In this document: positions 47,305 through 56,865 of the stretch, piece by piece | Numbering within the stretch: position 1 is the stretch's first letter | Layout of the letters: each line of letters starts with the position of its first letter | Source: Bacteroidota bacterium | GTDB lineage: Bacteria; Bacteroidota; Ignavibacteria; UBA10030; UBA8401 | NCBI GenBank assembly: GCA_035500675.1 | Contig: DATJXA010000032.1 | Span: 1,021 to 65,020 of the forward strand | Reading direction: 5' to 3' | Length of the DNA stretch: 64,000 nucleotides | Program-made: the position numbers and the translations under genes | Notes under the pieces: model-generated | Databases searched by the model: none | The model's input: only the letters and a program-made list of their open reading frames with translations | Told to the model about the DNA's origin: nothing

Positions 47305-49308
47305 CTATTTGTTTAACGTGGACTCCTGCGATGTCATCAGCACTTCTTTATAGAGTGTGACCGGGTATTTCTTTCTTAGTGAATTTTCCCACTCGTTCTC
47401 CAGTAGTTTTGACTCATACTCCTGGAATGCACTCGAAAGCTCCGAGCCGGCTTCCGCGAATGTCTTTTCGCGCGCAGGCTCCTTCGATAAAACCTTAATG
47501 ATGGAGAACCCATGTTCATACGGGAAAAATTCCGATACATCGCCTTCGTTAAGCGTCCATGCTTTTTCTGTCAAAGCATTCGTCGAATCGGGCAACAGCC
47601 CCCATTCACCGTTCTTTGCCTTTGTCGTCGGCCTGGTATTAAACTGCGCCGCCACCGAATCGAACGGAAGGTGCTGCTTCTTGAGAAGAAAGGTCACCAC
47701 CTGTGCAACGCTATCGTTCGGTACAAAGATCTCTTGAAGATCGACCCTGTTCGGCCATGTATACGCGGACCGGTTTGCGTCAAAATAAATGTGCATCGTC
47801 GAATCGTTGATACTGATCTTGTCCCACACCGCCTTCTGTTCCGCTTTAAAAAGCATGCTTCCTTCTTTATACTCTTCAATAGTCTCGGCAAAATTCGGGA
47901 AGGTCGATTCCATGCTCACCGCTTTATACTCCATGACAAGCTTTTTAGAGATCTTGTCGAATATTTTTTCCGAACTGAAGCGATTGGAAAAGGGAAGCCC
48001 CTGAAGTTCCGATTCTAACTTCGTAAGATGGATCACTGAGTCGATCGATATTTTCTGTCCGGCGAATGAAAAGATTTCCTTCGCGCGCGTCATTGCGCTG
48101 AAAGAACTGTCCCAATTGCTGTCGCCTGTCGTCTTTGTCGAATCTACCGAGTTGTACCAGGCGGAAACCGCTTCCGGCGATTCTAAAAATCTGTACGCTT
48201 TCTTTAGACTGTCGACATACCGGTCGTAATCCGCTTGAAAGCCCGAGCGTTGGTACGATGTCTTAAGTTCCTGTTCCATCGATTCAAAAGACCCGACCGG
48301 TTTTGCATCCGTTACTTCGATAATGTGAAGACCATACGGACTCTTGATGATACCGGAATGTTCGCCGGGCTTCAGCTTGAACGCCGCTTCGTCGAACTCT
48401 TTGATCGTTCGCCTCCGGGTAATGAATCCGAGGTCTCCCCCGTTGTGTTTGCTGAACGTATCGTCCGAATATTCTCTGGCGAGGTCGGCAAAGTTAACCC
48501 CGTGCGCCAAAGAATCGAGAACCATTTCCATTTCCTCCCAGGCCTTCGCCGAGTCCTGTGGAGTCGATCCCGGCGTCAGTCTCTTCATAATATGGCTGAC
48601 GCGAATAGCGCCGGGGTTCGCATCGCGCGCCGTCACCTTTATAACATGGTAGCCGTATTGGGTTCGCACAGGGTACGGGACGACGGTCCCCGGCGGCACA
48701 GAGAACGCCGCATTTTCGAACTCCGGCACGATCGATCCGGCGGTAAAAAAGTAAAGATCCCCCTTGTTATTTTTGACGCTCGGATCCTCGGAATTGTTCA
48801 AGGCCAATTCCTCGAAGGAACGGCCGCTTTTTAATGAGTCGATAATCTTCATCGCCTTTTCGTAAGCCCGCAATGTATCGGGAGGGATTGCGTTTGGCGG
48901 CATCTTGATCAGAATATGGCTTGCCCGTAACTCGAAAAGTTGTTTGTCATACATCCGATGAATGGCCGGGTCGGTAATCTCGTTTGCGATAAGATAAGTT
49001 ACGGCAAGGTCTTTACTGTATTGCTGAAGCTCTCCCTGAACGTCGGGATCGTTCTGATAGCCATGGGCGTACGCATCGAGCACTTTCATCCTGAAAATCG
49101 TGTAGAGGTCTAAAAATTTTTCACGGTCTTCAATCGTTGCCTTGTGTGACGCGTCTTTCCCGCCGTTATTTTTCTCGAATTGTTTGTTGAATTCATCGAG
49201 TGTTATTTTCTCTCCGTCGACCGTCGCCACAACGGCGCTTTGCTGCGATGCACATCCCGCCATGATGAGCCCAGCCACAAGAAATGCAAGGTGAAAACGA
49301 TAACGCAT
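47305..49308 (-). CDS. PpiC-type peptidyl-prolyl isomerase lipoprotein with two parvulin domains (SurA/PpiD-like)
   Basis: Lipoprotein signal MRYRFHLAFLVAGLIMAGC. Two parvulin domains (…LRASHILIKM…QYGYHVIKV… and …IRVSHIMKRL…PYGLHIIEV…) and SurA-N-like helices. Confidence 0.8.
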   Translation of the reverse strand: MRYRFHLAFLVAGLIMAGCASQQSAVVATVDGEKITLDEFNKQFEKNNGGKDASHKATIEDREKFLDLYTIFRMKVLDAYAHGYQNDPDVQGELQQYSKDLAVTYLIANEITDPAIHRMYDKQLFELRASHILIKMPPNAIPPDTLRAYEKAMKIIDSLKSGRSFEELALNNSEDPSVKNNKGDLYFFTAGSIVPEFENAAFSVPPGTVVPYPVRTQYGYHVIKVTARDANPGAIRVSHIMKRLTPGSTPQDSAKAWEEMEMVLDSLAHGVNFADLAREYSDDTFSKHNGGDLGFITRRRTIKEFDEAAFKLKPGEHSGIIKSPYGLHIIEVTDAKPVGSFESMEQELKTSYQRSGFQADYDRYVDSLKKAYRFLESPEAVSAWYNSVDSTKTTGDSNWDSSFSAMTRAKEIFSFAGQKISIDSVIHLTKLESELQGLPFSNRFSSEKIFDKISKKLVMEYKAVSMESTFPNFAETIEEYKEGSMLFKAEQKAVWDKISINDSTMHIYFDANRSAYTWPNRVDLQEIFVPNDSVAQVVTFLLKKQHLPFDSVAAQFNTRPTTKAKNGEWGLLPDSTNALTEKAWTLNEGDVSEFFPYEHGFSIIKVLSKEPAREKTFAEAGSELSSAFQEYESKLLENEWENSLRKKYPVTLYKEVLMTSQESTLNK

Positions 49309-49410
49309 ACGCCACTTCTCCTTATTTAGACATATAAATGCGAAAATTTCCTGCTGAGTTAGTAATAGTAACGATTAGTACGTTGAAAATCAACGGGACG
49401 ATCGAGAGAT

Positions 49411-50082
49411 CTATTTCGCGCGTAAGAGGTCGACAAGGCGTTTCACAAAAAGTGCGGTGGCGCCCCACACCGGTTCTTTCCAGACGTCGTAAAAATAGAC
49501 TTCCACCGGAACTCCCCGGCGTTCGCGAACTTCAGAACGACGGAGCGAATCATCAAAGAATTTTTCAAGGGGGATGAAAATGACTTCGGCCACCTCATCG
49601 GCATTTAGATGAATCGCCGGGCGATGATGGAGGAACCCGATCACGGGCGTAACGACAAAACCGCTCGGCGTTTGTAAATCGTCCATGACGCCAAGAACGG
49701 AAATTTCAGATGCGGTGAGTCCAATCTCTTCGGATGATTCCCGCAGCGCCGTCTCAATCAAGGATTTGTCGGAGGGGTCGGCGGCGCCACCGGGAAAAGA
49801 AATCTGACCTTTATGATGTTCGACGCTCTGAGTGCGTTTCGTGAAGAGCAATTCTAATCCATCCAGCGACTCAACAATTGGAACGAGAACTGCAGATCTA
49901 GTTAAAGAATCGTCTTGAATTTTCCGGCGGTTGTAACGGGCGATCTTCGCTTTAATCGTCTTTTCGGTGAGCAACGGCACTCTACTCATTGTGGCATAAA
50001 CGGGAGCGGCAAGCTGAATTCCTACAGAAAGATACTGTTTCTCGTTATGATCATCAAATTGTTTTCTCTTGATGTGCGTCAT
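49411..50082 (-). CDS. NUDIX hydrolase (CoA pyrophosphatase NudL-like)
   Basis: Nudix box GGAADPSDKSLIETALRESSEEIGL within …LLFTKRTQSVEHHKGQISFPGG…. The track ORF extends to 50460, but the ATG at 50080-50082 (MTHIKRK…) has an AAGGGG RBS; the extension would overlap the divergent promoter and start of the lipoprotein gene. Confidence 0.75.
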   Translation of the reverse strand: MTHIKRKQFDDHNEKQYLSVGIQLAAPVYATMSRVPLLTEKTIKAKIARYNRRKIQDDSLTRSAVLVPIVESLDGLELLFTKRTQSVEHHKGQISFPGGAADPSDKSLIETALRESSEEIGLTASEISVLGVMDDLQTPSGFVVTPVIGFLHHRPAIHLNADEVAEVIFIPLEKFFDDSLRRSEVRERRGVPVEVYFYDVWKEPVWGATALFVKRLVDLLRAK

Positions 50083-50157
50083 AGCGTTAAACCCCTTTAT
50101 TCTCATGATTGTCATATCGTTTATATTGAACTGGTTTGCAATTATCAAGGAGATCGT

Positions 50158-51042
50158 ATGGGTGCAAGAGATCGCAAGAAAAAGTTTAGGGCGAGCATAT
50201 ATCTGTTGTGTGGACTGCTCATGGCGGCCGTCTTTGTCGCCGGTTGCAAGAAGAACGACAGTAATCCTGTGGGCGACGTGGCAACCACCACGGTGTCGGA
50301 CGACGTTGCAGATGCAGCGGATGCTGTATCGGACGCACTTGCGAGCAACAACGGCGGGGCAATAGACGAGGTGAACGATGTTTTTGAAATTGCCGGTGGG
50401 GTAACTGTCGGCGGCACTCTGGGAAAAGTCGATAACGATTCCACTATCATCGGCGGGCAATACGATAGCGCTCAGGTCGCCTGGATATTAAGCGTTTCGA
50501 AAAAAGATTCCGTCTCCTCGGTTTATTATGGCGCATGGACACGGAAGTATTGGTTACAATTTCGAGCAAATGGCATCCCCCAAGAATTCAGAAGAACAAA
50601 AGGGGTCCTGGCCGACACAATTGAACACCGTTTGCTAGACGCGACCGGTTATTTCCGGACGCCGCGTCTTATGCATCACTTGACCTCGTTAACTAGCGAT
50701 TGGATCGTATCCGATATCAATGCCGATACGGTAACGATAAACGGAACATATTCATGGTCGGGCATCGACACGATCATGGCGACAGCACGCAAGGGAAGGG
50801 TGCTCGATCGCACGATCTCGCTCACCTTTGAAAATGTCAGAGGACCTCGCGGCAGCAGGCTAAACCGTTCACAAAAGACGAGCGGAACTATCGAAGGAAG
50901 TTACACGGCGACGGTCACCGTGCCGGGCAAGGCCCCGTATACCGTCACTGAAACTTTTACAATTGTGTTGGGGAATGGAGAGGCGAGCTTCACTATCGGC
51001 GGAGCGCATTTCATTTCTGACTTGACCACCGGGGACCATTAG
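50158..51042 (+). CDS. Hypothetical lipoprotein (294 aa)
   Basis: AAGGAG RBS; MGARDRKKKFRASIYLLCGLLMAAVFVAGC lipoprotein signal. No recognisable domain. The track ORF at 49915 is an upstream extension. Confidence 0.55.
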   Translation: MGARDRKKKFRASIYLLCGLLMAAVFVAGCKKNDSNPVGDVATTTVSDDVADAADAVSDALASNNGGAIDEVNDVFEIAGGVTVGGTLGKVDNDSTIIGGQYDSAQVAWILSVSKKDSVSSVYYGAWTRKYWLQFRANGIPQEFRRTKGVLADTIEHRLLDATGYFRTPRLMHHLTSLTSDWIVSDINADTVTINGTYSWSGIDTIMATARKGRVLDRTISLTFENVRGPRGSRLNRSQKTSGTIEGSYTATVTVPGKAPYTVTETFTIVLGNGEASFTIGGAHFISDLTTGDH

Positions 51043-51086
51043 TCGGCAATTCTATTTTCTGTTTATAGCCGTCTGTTTAAGACCAA

Positions 51087-51872
51087 CTACTTTTGGCCCG
51101 CATTCTTCCTGTGTACGAGGATGGTCGAAGCTTGGTCGGTGGGCGTCAGCATCAGTTGCTGGACGTTCACAGCAAGGGGTCTCGTTGCGCAGTAGAGCAC
51201 GGCGTCGGCGACGTCATCCGGAGTCAACGGCGTCATGCCTTCGTATGTTTTATCCGCGCGCGTCTTATCTCCGTGGAACCGTACAATGCTGAACTCCGTC
51301 TCCACTAAACCGGGGTCGATCGATGTCACGCGCAAGGGAGTTCCGTTCAGGTCCAGCCGGAGGCTGTTCGTGAGGGCATGAACCGCTGCCTTCGTCGCGC
51401 TGTACACGTTTCCTTTCGGATAAAATTCATACGCGGCGATCGAGCTGATATTGATGATATGCCCTTCGCCCCTCTCGATCATTCCGGGAACGACCGCGCG
51501 TGTCGTGTAGAGCAGGCCTTTGAAATTCGTGTCGATCATCTTTTCCCAATCGTCAACATCCCCTTCCTGGAAAACGGAGAGCCCGCTCGCAAGTCCTGCG
51601 TTGTTCACGAGCACGGAAATTTTTTTCCACTGGTCGGGCAGAGTCGCGATCATCGACTCAACATCGTTTCTATTCCGAACGTCCAGATGAAGTGTGTGGA
51701 CAAGAATGGCATACTTTTCCCTTAGCCCCTCCGCGAGCACTTCGAGCTTTTCCATTCTTCTCGCCGCCAGCAAGAGCTTCGCTCCATGCTGAGCAAATTG
51801 CACGGCGCATGAAGCTCCGATGCCGGCGGTTGCTCCGGTAATGAAAACGACTTTATTTTTCAGGGAGTGCAT
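51087..51872 (-). CDS. SDR-family NADP-dependent oxidoreductase (YdfG-like)
   Basis: TGATAGIG cofactor motif (VVFITGATAGIGAS), NNAG and the catalytic YxxxK (YSATKAA). ATG at 51872 (MHSLKNK…); the track start at 51881 is a TTG. Confidence 0.85.
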   Translation of the reverse strand: MHSLKNKVVFITGATAGIGASCAVQFAQHGAKLLLAARRMEKLEVLAEGLREKYAILVHTLHLDVRNRNDVESMIATLPDQWKKISVLVNNAGLASGLSVFQEGDVDDWEKMIDTNFKGLLYTTRAVVPGMIERGEGHIINISSIAAYEFYPKGNVYSATKAAVHALTNSLRLDLNGTPLRVTSIDPGLVETEFSIVRFHGDKTRADKTYEGMTPLTPDDVADAVLYCATRPLAVNVQQLMLTPTDQASTILVHRKNAGQK

Positions 51873-51897
51873 CGAGTTCAATCCAGGGGGAGGTCTC

Positions 51898-52422
51898 TTA
51901 CCACTTCATTCTTTCTCTCAACGAAGTAATGTGGGCTACATGATGACGTCCGTGCCATGAGTACAGCTGAAGGAGCCAATCGATGTTCCGCACTCCGTTC
52001 TCCGGATGGCGGAATGTTCGTGAAAAATCGGTCGGACCGAGGGAACGGAGCAGCATCACCCACCGCTCGTGGAGAGATTCAAGCATTTGAACCGATGGAG
52101 CCACGGGGGCGTTTTTTGCGTCGTACAGTTCAGCCCACAGACGCTCTTCATAGGGTTTGATCGTCGGCTCGTTTTCGGTGAGAGCAAGCCGCATACGGAC
52201 GTACGAATTGAGGTGGCTGTCGGGAAGATGATGGACAACTTGCCGAATGGTCCATCCTCCATCGCGGTAGGGCGTATTGATCTGCTGTTCGGTCAATCCC
52301 TTGATTGCCGCCTTCAAATTCGACGGCGTTTCTGCGATGTGCCGTATAGCTTCCTGACGCGCGGCATCGTCAATATGCTCTTTGGGTTGGAATTTACCGA
52401 TGGGGTAACGAAGGTCTGACAT
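51898..52422 (-). CDS. DinB_2/YfiT-family putative metal-dependent hydrolase (bacillithiol-transferase-like fold)
   Basis: 174 aa: …YPIGKFQPKE…TPYRDGGWTIRQVVHHLPDSHLNSYVRMRLALTE…HHVAHITSLRERM…, matching my recollection of B. subtilis YfiT throughout. Confidence 0.75.
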   Translation of the reverse strand: MSDLRYPIGKFQPKEHIDDAARQEAIRHIAETPSNLKAAIKGLTEQQINTPYRDGGWTIRQVVHHLPDSHLNSYVRMRLALTENEPTIKPYEERLWAELYDAKNAPVAPSVQMLESLHERWVMLLRSLGPTDFSRTFRHPENGVRNIDWLLQLYSWHGRHHVAHITSLRERMKW

Positions 52423-52460
52423 ATGTTTATTGTTGAGGTCCTGTGGGTTTATAGAAAAAT

Positions 52461-53141
52461 TTATTTTCCGTCCAGCGCTTTTCCGGATAGATCGACCATT
52501 TTCGTCTCGGAATTCTTGAGGTACGGCATCAGCCGCGGGTTGTCGAGGTTCGACAGTTTCTTCACGATCTCAGCGATCCGATTGCCGTTTTCGGCCACCG
52601 TCCTCAGTTCTTTGCGGATTTCGGCGATGGTATCCGTATCGCTTTTCTTTTGGAGCACCTGAAGAACGAGCATCATGATGCCGAGGGGATTATTGATCTC
52701 ATGTCCAAGCGTCATCGCAAGTTCTGTGATTGCCTTTTGATGCTGGAGATGCGCATTCTCTTTTTGGAGCGCGTTGATGCGTAAACCGGCCCTCACTCGC
52801 GTCAGGAGTTCCCGGTCGTTGAACGGCTTGGTGACGAAATCGTCTGCGCCTATTTCGATCCCCTCGATCTTATCATCCTGCGTATCGCGCGCAGTCAGCA
52901 GGATGAAATACGTGAAGCGGAGCTTCTCGTCCTGCTTGGCCAGCCGGCAAAATTCCAATCCGTCCATTCTCGGCATCATCCAATCCGAGACGATCAAATT
53001 CGGCGTTTCTTTCTTTGCGACGGCAAGCCCTTCCTCTCCGTCGTTTGCAAGAAAAACGGTGTACCCCTGAGAAAGGAATTTCTTTTGAAGAATTACCCTG
53101 ATGTACTGATCGTCATCCACAACAAGAACTTTTGCCGTCAT
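52461..53141 (-). CDS. Receiver (REC) domain fused to a HisKA dimerisation/phospho-acceptor domain with no HATPase_c catalytic domain
   Basis: REC: KVLVVDDDQYIRVIL…LIVSDWMMP…LTARD…KPF. Then a coiled coil and an H-box (ELAMTLGHEINNPLGIM). The protein ends about 60 aa later with no N/G1/G2 boxes. Confidence 0.7.
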   Translation of the reverse strand: MTAKVLVVDDDQYIRVILQKKFLSQGYTVFLANDGEEGLAVAKKETPNLIVSDWMMPRMDGLEFCRLAKQDEKLRFTYFILLTARDTQDDKIEGIEIGADDFVTKPFNDRELLTRVRAGLRINALQKENAHLQHQKAITELAMTLGHEINNPLGIMMLVLQVLQKKSDTDTIAEIRKELRTVAENGNRIAEIVKKLSNLDNPRLMPYLKNSETKMVDLSGKALDGK

Positions 53142-53147
53142 ACAAAC

Positions 53148-54875
53148 TCACTCCGTGCGAAGAGAGGGTGGGAGTTTTGGTTCGACGAAAAGGATCTTTT
53201 CCCTTTCGAGAATTACGGTACCCGCCGGAACCCCTTTTGGTTTACGGACGAATTTTTTTTCCGCCATCGCGACGGGCACAGAGGACGCGTTCTTCATCTT
53301 GCTGTAGTAAGCCGCAATGGACGCTGCCTGATGGATCGCCTTTTTCGAAGGGTCTCCGGGAGCGCTGTTGACCTTCAGGACAACATGTGAACCGCTCGAG
53401 CCGCGGCAATGAAACCAGAGGTCGTTCGGCTTTGCATAATTCACTGTGAGCATGTCGTTATTTTCGCTGCTCTTTCCTGCCAGAACCTGAAAGCCGCCTT
53501 CCACCGTAAAAATGCGGAAGGGCGGCAACTCGTCTTTCTCTTTCGTCGTCATGAACCCCAGGCGATGCAATTCCTTGTCGTTCGAGCGGGCAAATTCGCG
53601 GAGTGAATCGGGGGACGAAACGTCCGCCAGATCGTCCTTCAATGAACGCAACACTGCGAGCCGTCCTTCGAGGCTTCGAACCCGTTCTTCAGATTCTTCT
53701 CTCGTAATTTTTGCCCGTTTTGCTTTTTCGAAATATCGCTCGGCATTTGCCGCCGGGGAAAGAGAAGCGTCGAGTTGAACGGCGATGTGGCTCTTACTCT
53801 CGTCAGTAGAAAGAACATTTTCGAGTGAAGCAGAGTTCAGGCCTTTCCGAAGTTCGTGGATGTGGGCCATGATGAGCCTGCCGTTCCGTTCATACTCTGC
53901 TCCTCGCTGCGATTCGGCGAGATCGACAGCAATTTTTTCGCGGGTTTGATCGGCTTTCTTTTCTTCCTTTTCCAGCCATGTAAAAATTTTTTCTTTCGCG
54001 TTGCCGAAGGAAGAAACGGAATGCCTGCGGCCAACATAGCGTTGAATTGCAGTCCCAATATCGGGAAACTTTTCTTCTCTTAAACCCTCATACGTGCGGA
54101 GCGCGATCGGCGAAACGCATACCGGCAGATCGCCTTCATAATAAATTCTCGCTTCAGCGTCGGCTTTCAGAGCGGTCAGCGTCATGACGACCTTCGACAT
54201 CTCCGTAAAAATCTTTCTTAGCTCGGCGTCTGCAACTGACGCGGCTGGAGAAGGTGTTGAGATGCCCGCACGCAACATCACTTCACGGCTGAGGGTCGGG
54301 CCGAGCGAGGGGAGCGATTTTTTGAGCGCATGGGATACATCGTCATCGCCATGCGCGCGGATCGTTCGACCGAAAAGATCTTCGTCCTGCATCAAGCGCA
54401 GATATGGCGGCCGATGAAGCGGATCATCCTTCATCGCTCGCCGACCGTCGATCTCCTTCTTCTTCAAAAAACTATCCTCAAGAACTTGCACTGTTCCCTC
54501 CGCCTCTTTCTCCGTCTTCCACAACCCGACATTTGCACGAGACCCGAACATCTCACATTCCAGTGACAGGCCGTTGTCGAGCGAGATCAGCACGCGCCGG
54601 TCGTCCGGCGCACAGGCGACGTTTCGTATCGCCTTCCCGATTGCCTCGGGGAGAAGGTCCACGGAATTTTTCCGCGCTCGGAAATTCCCTTCACGAATGT
54701 AGAGATAGTTTTGTGAAGGTTCACAGGAGATAACGATCGTCTGCAGCGGGGCGGCTTCGACGACAACGCAGAGCTGCTGCTTCTGTTGAGAATAGATCTC
54801 GGAGATTGTATGGCCAACGCATCGCTGGTGGATGAGACGGGAGATGTGAAGGAGCGTAAAGTAATTGCCGAGCAT
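53148..54875 (-). CDS. NFACT-family protein (FbpA N-domain plus C-terminal DUF814/NFACT-R; RqcH-like)
   Basis: 575 aa with an N-terminal FbpA-like domain and a C-terminal DUF814 block (…NDLWFHCRGSSGSHVVLKVNSAPGDPSKKAIHQAASIAAYYSK…). Confidence 0.7.
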   Translation of the reverse strand: MLGNYFTLLHISRLIHQRCVGHTISEIYSQQKQQLCVVVEAAPLQTIVISCEPSQNYLYIREGNFRARKNSVDLLPEAIGKAIRNVACAPDDRRVLISLDNGLSLECEMFGSRANVGLWKTEKEAEGTVQVLEDSFLKKKEIDGRRAMKDDPLHRPPYLRLMQDEDLFGRTIRAHGDDDVSHALKKSLPSLGPTLSREVMLRAGISTPSPAASVADAELRKIFTEMSKVVMTLTALKADAEARIYYEGDLPVCVSPIALRTYEGLREEKFPDIGTAIQRYVGRRHSVSSFGNAKEKIFTWLEKEEKKADQTREKIAVDLAESQRGAEYERNGRLIMAHIHELRKGLNSASLENVLSTDESKSHIAVQLDASLSPAANAERYFEKAKRAKITREESEERVRSLEGRLAVLRSLKDDLADVSSPDSLREFARSNDKELHRLGFMTTKEKDELPPFRIFTVEGGFQVLAGKSSENNDMLTVNYAKPNDLWFHCRGSSGSHVVLKVNSAPGDPSKKAIHQAASIAAYYSKMKNASSVPVAMAEKKFVRKPKGVPAGTVILEREKILFVEPKLPPSLRTE

Positions 54876-55049
54876 TTCCGGTTATCCACACAGTATGTAA
54901 AAATATATCAAAAAACGCTCTAAAAGCAAAGTTCCGCTGAATAACTTGTGGACAAGTCGGTGCTTAACGTGTCGAGAACTTTCCCTTGCCTGCCACAGCG
55001 GATTTTCGTATTTTTATTGTGAAATTAAGAATTTTCACATTGGCACGCT

Positions 55050-55931
55050 ATGATTCAGAGCATGACGGGTTACGGGCGCGGCGAGTGCCTCAAAAACGGC
55101 ATTTCCGCAGTCGTCGAACTCCGGAGTGTCAACAGTCGTTTTTTTGAATTAGGAACCCGGCTGCCGCGGTCACTAGCCCTCCGGGAAAACGAAATCAAAG
55201 AAATTGTGCGGTCGAAAGTCGTTCGTGGAAAGATCTCTCTCACGACGTCGCTCCAAAGCGACGCGAACGGCAAAGTTCCTCTCAAGGTCAACACGGCGGC
55301 GGCCCAATCGTATTACAAACTCCTGAGCCAGCTTCGAAAATCGCTTAAGCTCAAAGAAAAGGTAAAGCTTGAGCATCTCCTTCGCTTCTCTGAGGTCTTC
55401 GAAGGCGGGGAGGATGAAGAAGAAGCGAGCGCGGAATGGGAGGCCTTTGAAGGCGCCCTCCAGCTCGCGGTGAAGGAGTTGCAATCGATGCGCGCGAAAG
55501 AGGGCGGAGAAATTTCAAAAGATATTATCGACCGCGTAGAGGATATTCAACGGCGTCTCGAGAGCATCGAATCGATCTCGAAGGAGCGAATTCCCGAGGA
55601 GCGGAGCCGCCTTCATGAACGCATCGGACAACTACTCGGGGATAAATTTCCCGTCGACGCGCAGCGGCTCGAACTCGAAATCGCACTTCTTGCCGACAAA
55701 CTCGACGTGACGGAAGAATGTGTCCGGTTCCGCTCGCACAATAAATTCTTTCTCGAAGCGCTCCGGAACGGCGACGCTGCCGGACGTAAGCTCAATTTTT
55801 TGATCCAGGAAATGAACCGTGAAGCAAACACTGTTGGTTCAAAATCGAACGATACCGCGATCGCGCACCACGTCATTGCCATTAAAGAAGAACTCGAGAA
55901 GATCCGCGAGCAGCTGCAGAACATCGAATAA
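55050..55931 (+). CDS. yicC: YicC-family stress-induced protein (YicC_N plus DUF1732)
   Basis: MIQSMTGYGRGE…VVELRSVNSRFFEL… is the canonical YicC N-terminus, and …NREANTVGSKSND… is the C-terminal motif. Confidence 0.88.
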   Translation: MIQSMTGYGRGECLKNGISAVVELRSVNSRFFELGTRLPRSLALRENEIKEIVRSKVVRGKISLTTSLQSDANGKVPLKVNTAAAQSYYKLLSQLRKSLKLKEKVKLEHLLRFSEVFEGGEDEEEASAEWEAFEGALQLAVKELQSMRAKEGGEISKDIIDRVEDIQRRLESIESISKERIPEERSRLHERIGQLLGDKFPVDAQRLELEIALLADKLDVTEECVRFRSHNKFFLEALRNGDAAGRKLNFLIQEMNREANTVGSKSNDTAIAHHVIAIKEELEKIREQLQNIE

Positions 55932-55950
55932 TTGCGCTGCGGCGGACTGA

Positions 55951-56517
55951 ATGAAGCACCCTGCGCTGTTTGTCATCTCCGCCCCGAGCGGCGGCGGAAA
56001 GACAACGATTGTCAAAGCGGTGCTGTCGCGCCATCCCGATTTTGAATTTTCCGTCTCGGCGACAACGAGGCCGCGAAGGACGAACGAAGAGGAAGGGAAA
56101 GATTATTTCTTCCTCGGCAAAAAAGATTTTGAGCGTCTCATCAAGCAGGACGCGCTGGCCGAACACGAAGAGATCTACGGCAATTTTTACGGCACCTTGA
56201 AGCGTGAAATCCAGCGGGCGCGCAACCGCGGAAGGTGCATGGTGTTCGACGTCGATGTGAAGGGAGGGCTTTCAATAAAAAAGTTATACGGAGCCGATGC
56301 GGTGCTCATCTTCATCGAACCCCCGTCGATCGACGTCCTTGAAGAGCGGCTCCGCAACCGGCAAACGGAGGACGAGAAAGCTTTTCGGAAACGGATGGCG
56401 AGGGTTGCGTCGGAACTGGAGATCGGAAAGCAGTTCGATTTCAGGGTCGTGAACGATTCGCTTCCCAAGGCGATCGACGAGGTCGATAAAATTATTTTAC
56501 ATCACATACAACAATAA
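55951..56517 (+). CDS. gmk: Guanylate kinase
   Basis: P-loop SAPSGGGKTT and …SATTRPRR…EEGKDYFF…. The protein is 188 aa. Confidence 0.92.
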   Translation: MKHPALFVISAPSGGGKTTIVKAVLSRHPDFEFSVSATTRPRRTNEEEGKDYFFLGKKDFERLIKQDALAEHEEIYGNFYGTLKREIQRARNRGRCMVFDVDVKGGLSIKKLYGADAVLIFIEPPSIDVLEERLRNRQTEDEKAFRKRMARVASELEIGKQFDFRVVNDSLPKAIDEVDKIILHHIQQ

Positions 56518-56529
56518 CAAGAGGGTTTC

Positions 56530-56841
56530 ATGGCAATCAAATCTCTGGAAATACGGACGCTTGAATCGAAAGCCGCGAACGTCTACGAAGCGATCGTCGT
56601 CCTTTCGAAACGCGCGCGCCAGATCAACGAAGAAACGAAGATCGAATTCAATCAGCAGATCGAGACGATCGCAGCGCTTCCGACGATGACGAACGGCGAC
56701 GAAGAGGAGGTCGATGCAAACCCCGATCAGCTGAAAATCAGCCTCGAGTTTGAGAAGCGCCCCAAGGCAACCGAAGAAGCGATCGACGAGTTAATGAAGG
56801 ACAAGCTCGAATTTCATTACAAGCAAGAAAACGAGCAGTAA
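56530..56841 (+). CDS. rpoZ: DNA-directed RNA polymerase omega subunit
   Basis: 103 aa with …NVYEAIVVLSKRARQINEE… (omega signature Y-x-L-V/I-x-x-A/S-KRARQ). The conserved gmk-rpoZ-coaBC order supports the call. Confidence 0.7.
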   Translation: MAIKSLEIRTLESKAANVYEAIVVLSKRARQINEETKIEFNQQIETIAALPTMTNGDEEEVDANPDQLKISLEFEKRPKATEEAIDELMKDKLEFHYKQENEQ

Positions 56842-56865
56842 GACCTTCCGTCACTGGACTATCCC

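Noticed and set aside
49411-50460. 349-aa minus-strand ORF as the full NUDIX gene
   Set aside because: The N-terminal 126 aa have no NUDIX similarity and overlap the promoter/RBS and start of the divergent lipoprotein gene (50158). An internal ATG at 50082 with an AAGGGG RBS gives a 223-aa NudL-sized protein.
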